From an uncultured Clostridia bacterium (GTDB taxonomy: Bacteria > Bacillota > Clostridia > Oscillospirales > Acutalibacteraceae), in assembly GCA_944376655.1 (NCBI GenBank), contig CALWDJ010000001.1, positions 28,767 to 92,766 of the forward strand: a DNA stretch of 64,000 bases. Reading direction: 5' to 3'. The notes beneath the pieces were generated by a model. That model was not told the origin of the DNA. It ran no database searches and saw nothing but the letters and a program-made list of their open reading frames with translations. Each line of letters starts with the position of its first letter. The stretch's first letter is position 1. The position numbers and the translations under genes are program-made. Positions 34,972-45,360 of the stretch are shown here, in pieces.

Positions 34972-37281
34972 ATGGAAAACGTCTTTAAAAAACTGACTGT
35001 ATTTTTGTCAGGCCTGCTCATTGTGGCAACAGTTTTTCTTATATTTGTCATACCGACGTATATTAAATCCGAGCGTAAAATTGATTTTTTCGGGGCAAAT
35101 CAAATTGTTGATAATATACGGAATATGGAAATTAACCTCACGTCCGTTATTTATGTGCAGAACAGTAAGGGCGAATGGGTGGAATATCAGAGGCTTCACG
35201 GGGCGGAGAACCGTCTCTGGGTCAGTATCGATAAAATTCCTGAAAATCTGCAGAACGCGTTTATTTCTATTGAGGACGAGCGCTTTTTTGAACACAGCGG
35301 AGTAGACTGGAAAAGAACGCTTGCGGCGGTGGGAAATAAGCTCCTGAAGTTTGACGATACCGAATTCGGCGGCTCAACGCTTACTCAGCAGCTTATTAAA
35401 AATGTCACAGGAGACGACGATAAAAGCTCAGTCAGAAAAATCCGTGAAATTGTAAGAGCCTTGCTTATTGAAAAGCAGCTTAATAAAACCGAAATCCTTG
35501 AGGCGTATCTCAATACGATAGCTCTCGGAAACGGTATAAACGGCGTACAGGTCGCGGCGAATTATTATTTCAATAAGGACGTGAGCGAGCTTACGCTTGT
35601 CGAGTGCGCCTCACTTGCCGCGATTACCAAAAATCCCACAAAATTCAACCCGGTTGACGGTCCGGAGAAAAATGTAGAACGCAGACGCACTGTCCTTGAT
35701 AAAATGCTTGAGCTCGGTAAAATCAGCTACGAAGAATACGACGAGGCTTACAACGCGGAAATCAAGCTGGACAATTCTCAGGAAAATGACTATGAAATCG
35801 AAATCAACAATTATTTTGTCGATACTCTTATCGATCAGGTAATCGGCGATCTTGCCGAGAAATATAACCTGAGCAACGAAATCGCTTCCACAATGTTCTA
35901 TAACGGCGGTTTTAAAATTTATTCCACGTTAAATACAGATATTCAGGAGGCGATGGAGGAGGTCTATACAGATATAGACACCTATTTTCCCCAAACTGAA
36001 GAAATTAACGGTACTGAGCAGCACGCGCAGTCTGCTATGACAATAATGGATTACAGCGGTCATATTGTCGGAATAGTAGGCGGCGCAGGCGAAAAGACAA
36101 CCAACAGAGGACTGAACAGGGCAACCGATTCCCCGCGTCAGCCGGGCTCTACAATGAAACCGCTCGGCGTATATACTCTTGCTGTTGAGAATGACATTGT
36201 CAATTATACCTCAAGAGTAGTCGACAAACCAATCGAAAATTATTATCCGGACGGAACAAGCGGACCTAAAGAATGGTTCGGCTATTATAAGGGAACAATA
36301 AATCTTAATTATGCGATAAGAAAATCTATGAACGCTGTTCCGGTGCGTCTGCTTCAGGAGGTAGGAATAGACAATTCCTATGATTTCCTTGTCAATAAGC
36401 TCAAATGCTCGCACCTTGTGGAGAAGGACAAGAATCTGGCTTCGCTCGCGCTCGGCGGCTGCGCTTACGGATTGACTACAACCGAATCCGCCGCGGCATA
36501 TGCTATTTTCGGCAATCAGGGCGTTTATCACGAGCCGACCACATATTATAAAATAGAGCGGGCAAACGGCGAGGTTGTTTTTGATTACAATGAAACCGGC
36601 GAGCAGGTGATTTCACCGGCAACGGCAACAATAATGAACCATTTGCTTCAGGAGGTCGTTTACGGAAGTGAAGGAACGGGCAGAACTATTGCCAGCTTTA
36701 ACTATTCGATGAAAGCATACGCAAAAACCGGAACCTCAAGCGAATCAAATGACCTTTGGATGGTTGCGGGAACACCTTATTATGTCGGCTCGGTATGGTA
36801 CGGCTTTGATTACCCGACTGATATAAGCAACAGCGGCGCCGCGGCTAAAATTTGGCGTGACATAATGAAGGAAGTTCACAGAGATCTTGAGAAAAAGCAG
36901 TTTGAAGACAGTGACGATGTTGTGAAAAAGGGAATAGGCTACTATAAAAAAGGCGACGATATAGATAATCCCGTCTATAACTCACCGTCGTCCTCGTCTT
37001 CGTCAAGCAGTTCATCTTCTTCATCATCATCAAATAGCTCGTCATCGCAGGTTTCTTCAAGCGAGCCTACAACATCCGACAACACTTCATCAGACACTTC
37101 GTCTGACACATCGTCGGATTCCTCGTCTGGCGACAGCTCGTCTGATACGTCGTCATCCGATTCGTCTTCGTCCGACTCGTCGTCTTCATCGGATTCGTCA
37201 TCAACAGATTCATCTTCGTCCGACTCCTCTTTGGCGGCGAGCTCATCGGGGTCGGAAGAAACGTTATCAGAGCCGCAGTAA
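34972..37281 (+). CDS. Class A penicillin-binding protein (glycosyltransferase + transpeptidase) with a ~100-aa Ser-rich C-terminal tail
   Basis: The GT51 motifs are EDERFFEH, GGSTLTQQL and RKIRE. The transpeptidase motifs are STMKP, SMN and KTGT. There is an N-terminal TM. Confidence 0.92.
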   Translation: MENVFKKLTVFLSGLLIVATVFLIFVIPTYIKSERKIDFFGANQIVDNIRNMEINLTSVIYVQNSKGEWVEYQRLHGAENRLWVSIDKIPENLQNAFISIEDERFFEHSGVDWKRTLAAVGNKLLKFDDTEFGGSTLTQQLIKNVTGDDDKSSVRKIREIVRALLIEKQLNKTEILEAYLNTIALGNGINGVQVAANYYFNKDVSELTLVECASLAAITKNPTKFNPVDGPEKNVERRRTVLDKMLELGKISYEEYDEAYNAEIKLDNSQENDYEIEINNYFVDTLIDQVIGDLAEKYNLSNEIASTMFYNGGFKIYSTLNTDIQEAMEEVYTDIDTYFPQTEEINGTEQHAQSAMTIMDYSGHIVGIVGGAGEKTTNRGLNRATDSPRQPGSTMKPLGVYTLAVENDIVNYTSRVVDKPIENYYPDGTSGPKEWFGYYKGTINLNYAIRKSMNAVPVRLLQEVGIDNSYDFLVNKLKCSHLVEKDKNLASLALGGCAYGLTTTESAAAYAIFGNQGVYHEPTTYYKIERANGEVVFDYNETGEQVISPATATIMNHLLQEVVYGSEGTGRTIASFNYSMKAYAKTGTSSESNDLWMVAGTPYYVGSVWYGFDYPTDISNSGAAAKIWRDIMKEVHRDLEKKQFEDSDDVVKKGIGYYKKGDDIDNPVYNSPSSSSSSSSSSSSSSSNSSSSQVSSSEPTTSDNTSSDTSSDTSSDSSSGDSSSDTSSSDSSSSDSSSSSDSSSTDSSSSDSSLAASSSGSEETLSEPQ

Positions 37282-37297
37282 TTCGTTTGAGGAATAT

Positions 37298-37990
37298 ATG
37301 GAAACTTATCAATTCAAAGTTATTGCGAAAATTCATACCGATTTTCCGGATAAGTTCGGTCTTCCGAGGCAGAGCGGAATTGTAAAGGGGCTTTCCGGAC
37401 GAATTGTCTTTGAGCCTGAGTACCGGGATTTTTCCGCCGTAAGGGAACTTACCCAGTATTCGCATATATGGGCAATATGGATTTTTTCGCGAACGGAAAA
37501 AGGAAAAAAATGGTCCCCCACAGTAAGACCGCCCAGACTCGGCGGAAACGAGCGCGTCGGCGTGTTTGCCACGCGTTCTCCCAACCGCCCGAATCCTGTC
37601 GGTATTTCGGCGCTCAAGCTTGAAAAGGTTGAAAATGACAAAAAATACGGTCCGGTTATATATGTTTCCGGAATAGATATGTGCGACAAAACACCTGTAA
37701 TAGATATCAAGCCGTATATAAGTTTCACCGATTCATATCCGGATGCCGTTAACGGCTTCGCCGGAGAGCGTTACGGAAAGGCGCTTGATGTAATAATACC
37801 GGAAACCGTTAAAGCCGCTTTGCCGGCCGGTGTTTTGGAGCAGCTTTACGGCGTGCTTTCGGAGGACCCGCGACCGAGGTACCATGATGACCCTGACAGA
37901 ATTTACGGGTTTTCATTCTGCGGTTTTGAAATAAAATTTCAGGTTCATGGGAACATTCTTTCGGTACTGTCGGTTATAAAATCATCTTAA
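37298..37990 (+). CDS. trmO: tRNA (t6A37-N6)-methyltransferase TrmO/TsaA
   Basis: YaeB-like motifs are FATRSPNRPNPVG and IDIKPY. Confidence 0.85.
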   Translation: METYQFKVIAKIHTDFPDKFGLPRQSGIVKGLSGRIVFEPEYRDFSAVRELTQYSHIWAIWIFSRTEKGKKWSPTVRPPRLGGNERVGVFATRSPNRPNPVGISALKLEKVENDKKYGPVIYVSGIDMCDKTPVIDIKPYISFTDSYPDAVNGFAGERYGKALDVIIPETVKAALPAGVLEQLYGVLSEDPRPRYHDDPDRIYGFSFCGFEIKFQVHGNILSVLSVIKSS

Positions 37991-38153
37991 AATTTTCTGA
38001 CAGTAAAAAAATTAACAAAAATAGTAAAAAAATGCTATATCTTGTATGTAATATCACTTATGCGGTATATATATTTCCTTTTTGATTTACTCCGTAGTAT
38101 AATAAAGTCAAATAAAAAAGCACAAGGTGCTTAAATTAAACGGAGGAATTGAA

Positions 38154-39350
38154 ATGGCAAGATTTACATTACCCAGAGACGTTTACTTCGGCGAAAACGC
38201 AATGGAAAACCTTAAAAATTTAAAGGGTAAAAAGGCTATTGTAGTTGTTGGCGGCGGTTCAATGAAACGCTTCGGCTTCCTTGATAAGGCGGTCGGTTAC
38301 CTTAAAGAAGCCGGTATGCAGGTTGAACTCTTTGAAGGTGTTGAGCCGGATCCTTCTGTTGAAACCGTTATGCGCGGCGCTGAAGCCATGCGTAAATTTG
38401 AGCCTGACTGGATTGTCGCTATCGGCGGCGGTTCTCCGATTGACGCTGCTAAAGCAATGTGGGCTTTCTATGAGTATCCCGATGTGACATTTGAGTCACT
38501 CTGCATACCCTTTAATTTCCCTGAGCTTCGTCAGAAGGCAAAATTCTGCGCGATATCATCCACATCAGGCACCGCTACTGAGGTTACGGCCTTCTCGGTT
38601 ATCACCGATTATTCAAAGGGCATCAAATACCCGCTTGCTGACTTCAACATTACTCCTGATGTCGCGATAGTTGACCCTGAGCTTGCTCAGACAATGCCCG
38701 CAAAGCTGGTTGCCCACACCGGTATGGACGCTCTTACTCATGCGATTGAAGCGTATGTTTCAACCGTTGCGAGTGTTTACACCGACGCGCTCGCTATGAA
38801 AGCTATCGAGATGGTTACCGCTTATCTTCCTTCTTCATATAAGGGCAACAAGGAATCACGTGCCCAGATGCATGATGCTCAGTGCCTTGCCGGTATGGCC
38901 TTCTCAAACGCTCTTCTCGGAATTGTACACTCAATGGCTCACAAAACAGGCGCCGCTTTCCATGAAGGCGCTATGAAGGATCAGCACATTCCGCACGGCT
39001 GCGCTAACGCGATTTATCTTCCTTTTGTCATCAAGTACAACGCGCATGACCAGAGAGCCGCTGAAAGGTATGCCGATATCGCGAGAATGCTCGGACTTGA
39101 GGGCTCAAGCAATAAGGGTCTTATCGAAAGTCTCTGCAATCTTATAGACAGCATGAATGAAAAGCTAAATATTCCGCATACTTTAAAGGAGTTCGGTGTT
39201 GACGAAGCTGAATTCAACGCTAAGGTTAACGAAATCGCCGCTAACGCAGTTGGCGACGCCTGCACAGGCTCTAATCCGCGTGCTATCGACCCTGAGACAA
39301 TGGCAAAACTTTTCAAATGCACATATTACGGAACAGAGGTTGACTTTTAA
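38154..39350 (+). CDS. Iron-containing (type III) alcohol dehydrogenase
   Basis: It has GGGSPIDAAK and metal-binding His motifs (HTGMDALTHAIE, HSMAH). The start is at MARFTL, with a GGAGG RBS. Confidence 0.9.
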   Translation: MARFTLPRDVYFGENAMENLKNLKGKKAIVVVGGGSMKRFGFLDKAVGYLKEAGMQVELFEGVEPDPSVETVMRGAEAMRKFEPDWIVAIGGGSPIDAAKAMWAFYEYPDVTFESLCIPFNFPELRQKAKFCAISSTSGTATEVTAFSVITDYSKGIKYPLADFNITPDVAIVDPELAQTMPAKLVAHTGMDALTHAIEAYVSTVASVYTDALAMKAIEMVTAYLPSSYKGNKESRAQMHDAQCLAGMAFSNALLGIVHSMAHKTGAAFHEGAMKDQHIPHGCANAIYLPFVIKYNAHDQRAAERYADIARMLGLEGSSNKGLIESLCNLIDSMNEKLNIPHTLKEFGVDEAEFNAKVNEIAANAVGDACTGSNPRAIDPETMAKLFKCTYYGTEVDF

Positions 39351-39371
39351 AGCCTGACAGTATAAAATTGT

Positions 39372-39401
39372 ATCAGCGCCTTCTTAAGCGGAGGCGCTGA
39401 T
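39372..39401 (+). terminator. Hairpin after the alcohol dehydrogenase gene
   Basis: ATCAGCGCC / GGCGCTGAT forms a 9-bp stem with a 12-nt loop. The T-tract is weak (TTT). Confidence 0.45.
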
Positions 39402-39427
39402 TTAAACTATAATAAGGAATGAATCTG

Positions 39428-40270
39428 ATGTTTAAGATTGTAAGCAAAAGAGAACTCAATCCCACCGTTACCATGATGGACATTGAAGCGCCGCTGGTTG
39501 CCAGAAAGGCCGAAGCCGGTCAGTTCATCATTCTGCGTACCGATGAAGACGGCGAGCGCATACCGCTTACCGTAGCAGGATACGACAGGGAAAAGGGTAC
39601 TGTTAAAATAATTTTTCAGATAGTCGGAGCTACGACAGAAAAGCTCAACCATAAGCAGGTAGGGGATTGTCTGGCTGATTTCGCGGGTCCTCTCGGAAGA
39701 CCTACTGAAACCGAAGGACTTAAAAAGGTCTGCGTTGTGGGCGGCGGCGTCGGCTGCGCCATTGCGCTTCCGGTCGCGCAGAAGCTCCATGAGCAGGGCT
39801 GCGAGGTTCACTCGATAATAGGTTTCCGCTCAAAGGACCTTGTAATTCTTGAAGATGAGTTTGCCGCCTGTTCAGATAAGCTCACCGTTATGACAGACGA
39901 CGGTTCGCACGGCACAAAAGGCGTTGTTACAGTACCTCTTAAGGAAGCTATCGACGCCGGCGAGAATTATGATGAAGTCATTACAATCGGACCGCTGATT
40001 ATGATGAAATTCGTTGTCGGCGTGACAAAGCCGGCTAATGTCAAAACCGTTGTTTCAATGAATCCCATAATGATTGACGGAACAGGTATGTGCGGCGGCT
40101 GCCGTCTTACTGTCGGGGGCAAAGTCAAGTTCGCCTGCGTCGATGGACCGGATTTTGACGGTTTTGAGGTTGATTTTGACGAAGCGATGAAACGCGGAGC
40201 CATGTACCGCGATTTTGAGCGTCACGCTTATGACGAGGCGTGCAATCTTTTCAAAAAGGAGGTACAGTAA
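39428..40270 (+). CDS. nfnA: Ferredoxin-NADP+ reductase-like FAD/NAD/[2Fe-2S] subunit (NfnA-type; sulfide/dihydroorotate dehydrogenase-like)
   Basis: It has an FNR-like fold (RIPLTV, GGGVG) and a C-terminal cluster motif CGGCRL...FACVDGP. It is translationally coupled (TAATG) to a GltD-like gene. Confidence 0.7.
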   Translation: MFKIVSKRELNPTVTMMDIEAPLVARKAEAGQFIILRTDEDGERIPLTVAGYDREKGTVKIIFQIVGATTEKLNHKQVGDCLADFAGPLGRPTETEGLKKVCVVGGGVGCAIALPVAQKLHEQGCEVHSIIGFRSKDLVILEDEFAACSDKLTVMTDDGSHGTKGVVTVPLKEAIDAGENYDEVITIGPLIMMKFVVGVTKPANVKTVVSMNPIMIDGTGMCGGCRLTVGGKVKFACVDGPDFDGFEVDFDEAMKRGAMYRDFERHAYDEACNLFKKEVQ

Positions 40271-41655
40271 TGGCTGCGAATATGAGCTTGAAGAAAAACG
40301 AAATGCCGGTTCAGGATCCGGTGGTACGCGCTTCCAATTTTTCGGAGGTCGCGCTTGGATACAGCGAGGAAACCGCACTTGACGAGGCTGCGCGCTGCCT
40401 TAACTGCAAAAATATGCCCTGCGTTTCCGGCTGTCCGGTAAATATACACATTCCGGCGTTTATCGAAAAAATTAAAGAGGGCGATTTTGAGGCGGCTTAT
40501 CAGGTGATATCGGAGTCGTCAAGTCTTCCTGCCGTATGCGGAAGAGTATGCCCTCAGGAAACACAGTGCGAGGCAAAATGCGTAAGAGGAATTAAGGGTG
40601 AGCCTGTCGGTATAGGCAGACTTGAGCGTTTTGTCGCCGACTGGCACAATGAACACGCCAAGGAAAATGTTAAGCGTCCTGAACCTAACGGTCATAAGGT
40701 CGCGGTTGTCGGTTCCGGTCCGTCAGGACTAACCTGTGCCGGAGACCTTGCCAAAAAAGGCTATCAGGTTTCTGTTTTTGAAGCGCTGCACACCGCCGGC
40801 GGTGTTCTTGTTTACGGAATACCGGAATTCAGACTTCCTAAAAAAATAGTTAAAAAGGAAGTTGACGGGCTTAAAGCGCTCGGTGTTGAAATTGACACTG
40901 ACGTTATTATCGGAAAGACAATAACCGTCGATGAGCTCTTTGATATGGGATATGAGGCTGTTTTCATCGGCTCCGGCGCAGGTCTTCCGAGGTTTATGGG
41001 AATAGAGGGAGAGGCGCTTTGCGGCGTTTATTCCGCAAACGAGTTCCTTACCAGAAACAATCTTATGAAATCGTATAATGAGCACAGCGACACTCCTGTT
41101 ATGCACGCCAAGAAGACGATAGTTGTCGGAGGCGGAAATGTCGCTATGGACGCCGCGAGAACCGCAAAGCGTCTGGGAGCAGATGTTACGGTTGTCTATC
41201 GCCGTACTGAGCACGAGCTGCCGGCTCGCCGCGAGGAAGTCGAGCATGCGATGGAAGAAGGAATTGAGTTCAGATTTCTTACAAACCCGACAAAAATCAA
41301 CGGCGAAGACGGTTGGGTAAAAAGTATTACCTGCCAGCGTATGGAGCTTTCCGAGCCTGATGAGTCCGGAAGAGCAAGACCTGTCGCCGTTGAGGGCAGC
41401 GAGTACGATATTGACGCAGACTGCGTAATAATGTCTATCGGTACTTCACCAAATCCGCTTATAAAGTCCATCACTGCCGGACTTGAGGTTAACAAGCGCG
41501 GCGGTATAATCGTAAATGAGGATACCGGAGCCACCACAAAGAAAGGCGTATACGCCGGCGGTGATGCCGTTACCGGTGCCGCTACCGTCATTCTTGCCAT
41601 GGGTGCCGGAAAAACAGCCGCCAAAGCTATTGACGAATACATCTCTTCAAAATAA
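40270..41655 (+). CDS. nfnB: GltD-like NADPH-dependent oxidoreductase subunit (NfnB-type)
   Basis: There are two 4Fe-4S Cys clusters (CLNCKNMPCVSGCP, CGRVCPQETQCEAKC) and two Rossmann motifs (VVGSGPSG, VVGGGNVAMD). Confidence 0.75.
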   Translation: MAANMSLKKNEMPVQDPVVRASNFSEVALGYSEETALDEAARCLNCKNMPCVSGCPVNIHIPAFIEKIKEGDFEAAYQVISESSSLPAVCGRVCPQETQCEAKCVRGIKGEPVGIGRLERFVADWHNEHAKENVKRPEPNGHKVAVVGSGPSGLTCAGDLAKKGYQVSVFEALHTAGGVLVYGIPEFRLPKKIVKKEVDGLKALGVEIDTDVIIGKTITVDELFDMGYEAVFIGSGAGLPRFMGIEGEALCGVYSANEFLTRNNLMKSYNEHSDTPVMHAKKTIVVGGGNVAMDAARTAKRLGADVTVVYRRTEHELPARREEVEHAMEEGIEFRFLTNPTKINGEDGWVKSITCQRMELSEPDESGRARPVAVEGSEYDIDADCVIMSIGTSPNPLIKSITAGLEVNKRGGIIVNEDTGATTKKGVYAGGDAVTGAATVILAMGAGKTAAKAIDEYISSK

Positions 41656-41672
41656 TTTTTTTCTCCTTTATA

Positions 41673-41704
41673 CAGAAAGCCGCCGGTTATCCGGCGGCTT
41701 TCTG
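41673..41704 (+). terminator. Rho-independent terminator after nfnB
   Basis: CAGAAAGCCGCCGG-TTAT-CCGGCGGCTTTCTG forms a 14-bp perfect stem. Confidence 0.75.
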
Positions 41705-41749
41705 TAATTTATAAGACTGCGACGGCATATTTATATATCGGGTGATAAA

Positions 41750-42016
41750 ATGGAAGTATTAAAATACAGCGCTGTAATCCTGCTCGCTGCCGGATTTATA
41801 GCTGTAACAGTTTTTTCGGTTAAAAGCGGCAAGGCGGTAAAGACACTGCTTTTAAACGCTTTTGCGGGCGCGACGGTCCTTGCGATTATAAATCTTACCG
41901 CGAAATTTACCGGTGTGTATATTCCTCTTAATCCTTATACGGCAGTCGGAGCCGTCTGCTACGGAGTTCCTGCGGTCTGCGGTTTTCTTGTTCTGCCGAT
42001 TATATTCGGAAAATGA
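41750..42016 (+). CDS. bofA: BofA-family pro-sigma-K processing inhibitor
   Basis: An 88-aa protein with two TMs and the pattern LLNAFAGATVLAIINL...PLNPYT typical of BofA. Confidence 0.75.
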   Translation: MEVLKYSAVILLAAGFIAVTVFSVKSGKAVKTLLLNAFAGATVLAIINLTAKFTGVYIPLNPYTAVGAVCYGVPAVCGFLVLPIIFGK

Positions 42017-42087
42017 AATTTAACTGATAAAAACCTCGAAAAAAATAAAATTATATGTTAAAATAGATTTCAGCGGAGGTGTATACA

Positions 42088-45000
42088 ATGCTGAAATTTA
42101 TTTTCGGGCGTCCGGCGTCCGGCAAAACTTATAATGTGCTTCAGAATATCAAGCGGCTTTCGGAAGACGGAAAAACTGCCCTTCTTATCGTTCCGGAGCA
42201 GTTTTCGTTTGAGAGCGAGAGAGCCGTGCTTAAGGAATTAGGCGATAAAGCGGCGCTCGGTACAGGCGTGACCACTTTTACACGTTTATGCGACGATGTA
42301 GGAAGACAGGTCGGCGGTATAGCCGGTATAACTCTTTCCGGCGCCGATAAGGTTATTTTTATGAACAGGGCGCTTTCATCGCTTGAGGGCGAGCTGAGGC
42401 TGTGGTCAAAATACTGCCGCTCGGTTTATTTTGCGAAAACAATTCTTGACACAATAGGAGAATTCAAGATAAACGCTGTTACTCCCGAAGATTTGCGTAA
42501 GGCGGCGGACACAGCGGCAAGCGATACTCTGCGGTTCAAACTGACCGATACAGCGCTTATTTACGAAACGTTTGACGCGCTTGTGGGCGAGCAGTTTGTG
42601 GACCCGGCCGATAATCTCACAAAGCTGTACGAAAAGCTCGGAGAATACCGCTACTTCAGCGGGAAAACCGTCTTTTTTGATTCATTCAAGGGCTTTACGG
42701 GTCAGCAGATGAAAATAATCGAGCGTGTTATGTCGCAGGCTGACGATATCGTTTTCTCCTTTACGAACGACCCTTCGCTTGATAAGGAATATAACGTTTA
42801 CACAAATGTCAGAAAACTGATTGAACGTATCAGAAGGTCTGCTGAAAAATATAATATTAAAGAGGATATGCCGCTTGTTCTCGGTGCCGGCACATATATA
42901 TCCGAAGACATAAAAGCGCTTGAGAGAATGATGGCAGGCGCAGAATATACGTCGCCCGAAACATGCGGCGATATAACGGTATGCGCCGGAGCTACGATGT
43001 TTGACGAGGCGGAATATACCGCAAGGAAAATCAGGCAGCTTGTAAGAGAAAAGGGATACAGATACAGGGATTTTGTCATTATCGCGAGAGACGCCCAGCA
43101 GTATGAGGAGGGTATCCGCTCTGCCTGCGAGCAAAACGGTATACCCTGCTTTTCTGATAAGAGGGAGCCTTTGTCTGCGTTTCCGGGAGCCGCCGCCGTC
43201 ACAGCAGCGCTTGAAGCCGCTGTGAACCTTTCTTCAGAGAATATACTGAGCTTTCATAAAACAGGTTTGGGTACATTAGGGTTCGAGGAGCTGTCAAAGC
43301 TCGAGAATTACGTTTACCTTTGGAACATTAACGGCGAGCTGTGGCAAAAAGAATGGGATATGGATCCCAAGGGTTTTATATACAGTGAAAAGGAAAACAG
43401 TATAAATCAGGACGAGCTCGATACACTTAATGCATTGCGCAGAAACGCTGTAAAGCCTCTTCTTTCTTTCAGGGAAAACTGCAGGGGAACAGCAGCGGAT
43501 ATGGCGGCAGCAGCCGTCACGCTGCTTGAGGACTGCGGTGCGGCGGAAAAGCTCGGCGCGCTTTCCGAGCGTTTTAAAAACGAAAACGAGCAGTTCAGGA
43601 GCGATATCCTAAAGCAGTCATATGATAAATTTATGCATATCCTTGACAGTCTCGCCAGGTGCGTCGGCAGCCGGAATATAACAAAACGCGAATTCGCTCA
43701 GGCTCTCGAGCTTGCTGTATCGCTTGATTCAGTAGGCGTGATTCCGAGAATGCTGGACGAAGTGACCTTCGGCTCTGCCGACCGTATACGGCCTTCAAGA
43801 CCGAGGGTGGCGTTTATAATCGGGGCAAATCAGGGCGTGTTCCCGAAGGAACAGTTTTCGGATGGTATTTTTGCGCTGCGTGAGAGAAGAGAAATAATAG
43901 AAGCGGGAATAGATATACCCGATAATCAGATTTCGTCGGTAATTGACGAGAATTATCTGGTATACTGCAATCTCTGCTGTCCGTCCGATAAGCTGTTCAT
44001 CACATATTCGGCTTCCGGATTATCGGGTGAGGAAAAAGCGCCGTCGGCGTTTGTTGAGGAAATAATACAGAATTTGCACTGTAAAAGGATTTCAGAGCCA
44101 TCCCGTTGTCTTACGGCGGACAATCTCCCCGAAACCGCCGAGGCGGCGTACTCTGAATACTGCCGGCGTTTTAATCAAGATGCCGCAGGCGCTTTAACGC
44201 TGAGAAACGTTCTTGAAAAACGTAGTGAGTATACCGGAAAGCTTATAGATAATTTTACATATAAATCCGATAACGACAGCATATCTCCCGAAACGGCGGA
44301 AAAGCTGTTCGGAAGCAAAATAATGATGTCGGCTTCAAAATTCGATACATTCCATAAATGCCGTTTCTCTTTTTTCTGCAGATACGGGCTCGGCGCGAAA
44401 AAACTGCAGCCGGCGGATTTTGATGTTCTGCAGCGAGGCACGATTGTTCATTTTGTCCTTGAAAAAATAATCGTAACCTATAAAAAAGACATTTGCAAAT
44501 TGTCCGAAAAAGAAATAAACGATGAAGTCGATAAATATATCGCGATATATCTTGACGGAATAAAGGGATACAGGTCGGTTGAGACAAACCGCGATAAATT
44601 CCTTGTGTCTAGAATCTCACGGGCTGTCAAGGCGGTTGTGAAGCATATTTCCGAAGAATTTGCGCAAAGCGATTTTGAGCCTGTCGCGTGCGAGCTTGAA
44701 ATAGGCGGCGGTGATGATATGCCTAAGCTGAATATTGACTTTGACGGCGGTAATATAGAGCTTATAGGAAAAATCGACCGTCTTGACGAATACAACGGAT
44801 ATATCAGAATTATCGATTATAAAACCGGAACAAAGAAGTTTAAACTGCCTGATGTTATTTTCGGGCTTAATCTTCAGATGCTTATATATCTCTATTCAGT
44901 CGTCAGGGGAAGAAATATTGACGATGAAAAGGCGGCAGGTATATTTTATATGCCTTCAAAGCGTGATCTCGGAGGTTCCGGAATGGCGATGAACGGGCTG

Positions 45001-45360
45001 CTCCGTTCCGAAAAGGATATTGTCGAGGCAATGGACAAGCAGCTTGACGGTGAGTATGTCCCTAAATATTCTGTTACAACAAGCGGACAGCTTGACAAAC
45101 GCTGTACTTCTTTTATAAACTCGGAAAATTTCAGTGAGATATTTGACTATATAGAAAAACTCATGCGAAAAACCGGTGAGGAAATCCTGAGCGGTGATAT
45201 ATCGGCAAAGCCGGTGGACGGCTGTGAAACTCCGGCCTGCAAATACTGCGATTTCAGCAGTGTATGCGGCAGGGAAGGTATGCCCGGAACACAGGTTCCG
45301 TCTATGAAAAACAGCGAAGTGTTTGAAAAAATGAGGGAGGACGATTCAGATGGCGTTTAA
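42088..45360 (+). CDS. addB: ATP-dependent helicase/nuclease subunit B (AddB/RexB)
   Basis: It has an N-terminal P-loop GRPASGKT, a RecB-type nuclease (IDRLD...IIDYKTG) and Fe-S cysteines (C...CETPACKYCDFSSVC). It lies upstream of addA. Confidence 0.9.
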   Translation: MLKFIFGRPASGKTYNVLQNIKRLSEDGKTALLIVPEQFSFESERAVLKELGDKAALGTGVTTFTRLCDDVGRQVGGIAGITLSGADKVIFMNRALSSLEGELRLWSKYCRSVYFAKTILDTIGEFKINAVTPEDLRKAADTAASDTLRFKLTDTALIYETFDALVGEQFVDPADNLTKLYEKLGEYRYFSGKTVFFDSFKGFTGQQMKIIERVMSQADDIVFSFTNDPSLDKEYNVYTNVRKLIERIRRSAEKYNIKEDMPLVLGAGTYISEDIKALERMMAGAEYTSPETCGDITVCAGATMFDEAEYTARKIRQLVREKGYRYRDFVIIARDAQQYEEGIRSACEQNGIPCFSDKREPLSAFPGAAAVTAALEAAVNLSSENILSFHKTGLGTLGFEELSKLENYVYLWNINGELWQKEWDMDPKGFIYSEKENSINQDELDTLNALRRNAVKPLLSFRENCRGTAADMAAAAVTLLEDCGAAEKLGALSERFKNENEQFRSDILKQSYDKFMHILDSLARCVGSRNITKREFAQALELAVSLDSVGVIPRMLDEVTFGSADRIRPSRPRVAFIIGANQGVFPKEQFSDGIFALRERREIIEAGIDIPDNQISSVIDENYLVYCNLCCPSDKLFITYSASGLSGEEKAPSAFVEEIIQNLHCKRISEPSRCLTADNLPETAEAAYSEYCRRFNQDAAGALTLRNVLEKRSEYTGKLIDNFTYKSDNDSISPETAEKLFGSKIMMSASKFDTFHKCRFSFFCRYGLGAKKLQPADFDVLQRGTIVHFVLEKIIVTYKKDICKLSEKEINDEVDKYIAIYLDGIKGYRSVETNRDKFLVSRISRAVKAVVKHISEEFAQSDFEPVACELEIGGGDDMPKLNIDFDGGNIELIGKIDRLDEYNGYIRIIDYKTGTKKFKLPDVIFGLNLQMLIYLYSVVRGRNIDDEKAAGIFYMPSKRDLGGSGMAMNGLLRSEKDIVEAMDKQLDGEYVPKYSVTTSGQLDKRCTSFINSENFSEIFDYIEKLMRKTGEEILSGDISAKPVDGCETPACKYCDFSSVCGREGMPGTQVPSMKNSEVFEKMREDDSDGV

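Noticed and set aside
37067-37465. A 132-aa minus-strand ORF bridging the PBP tail and trmO.
   Set aside because: It is antisense to the Ser-rich repeat (which gives an Arg/Thr/Met-rich artefact) and to the trmO start. It has no RBS or motifs.
38001-38018. A Rex operator upstream of the alcohol dehydrogenase/nfnAB genes.
   Set aside because: Only one half-site (TTAACAA) matches. The other half (CAGTAAA) matches about 4 of 7 positions of TTGTTAA. This is too weak to call without a PWM scan.
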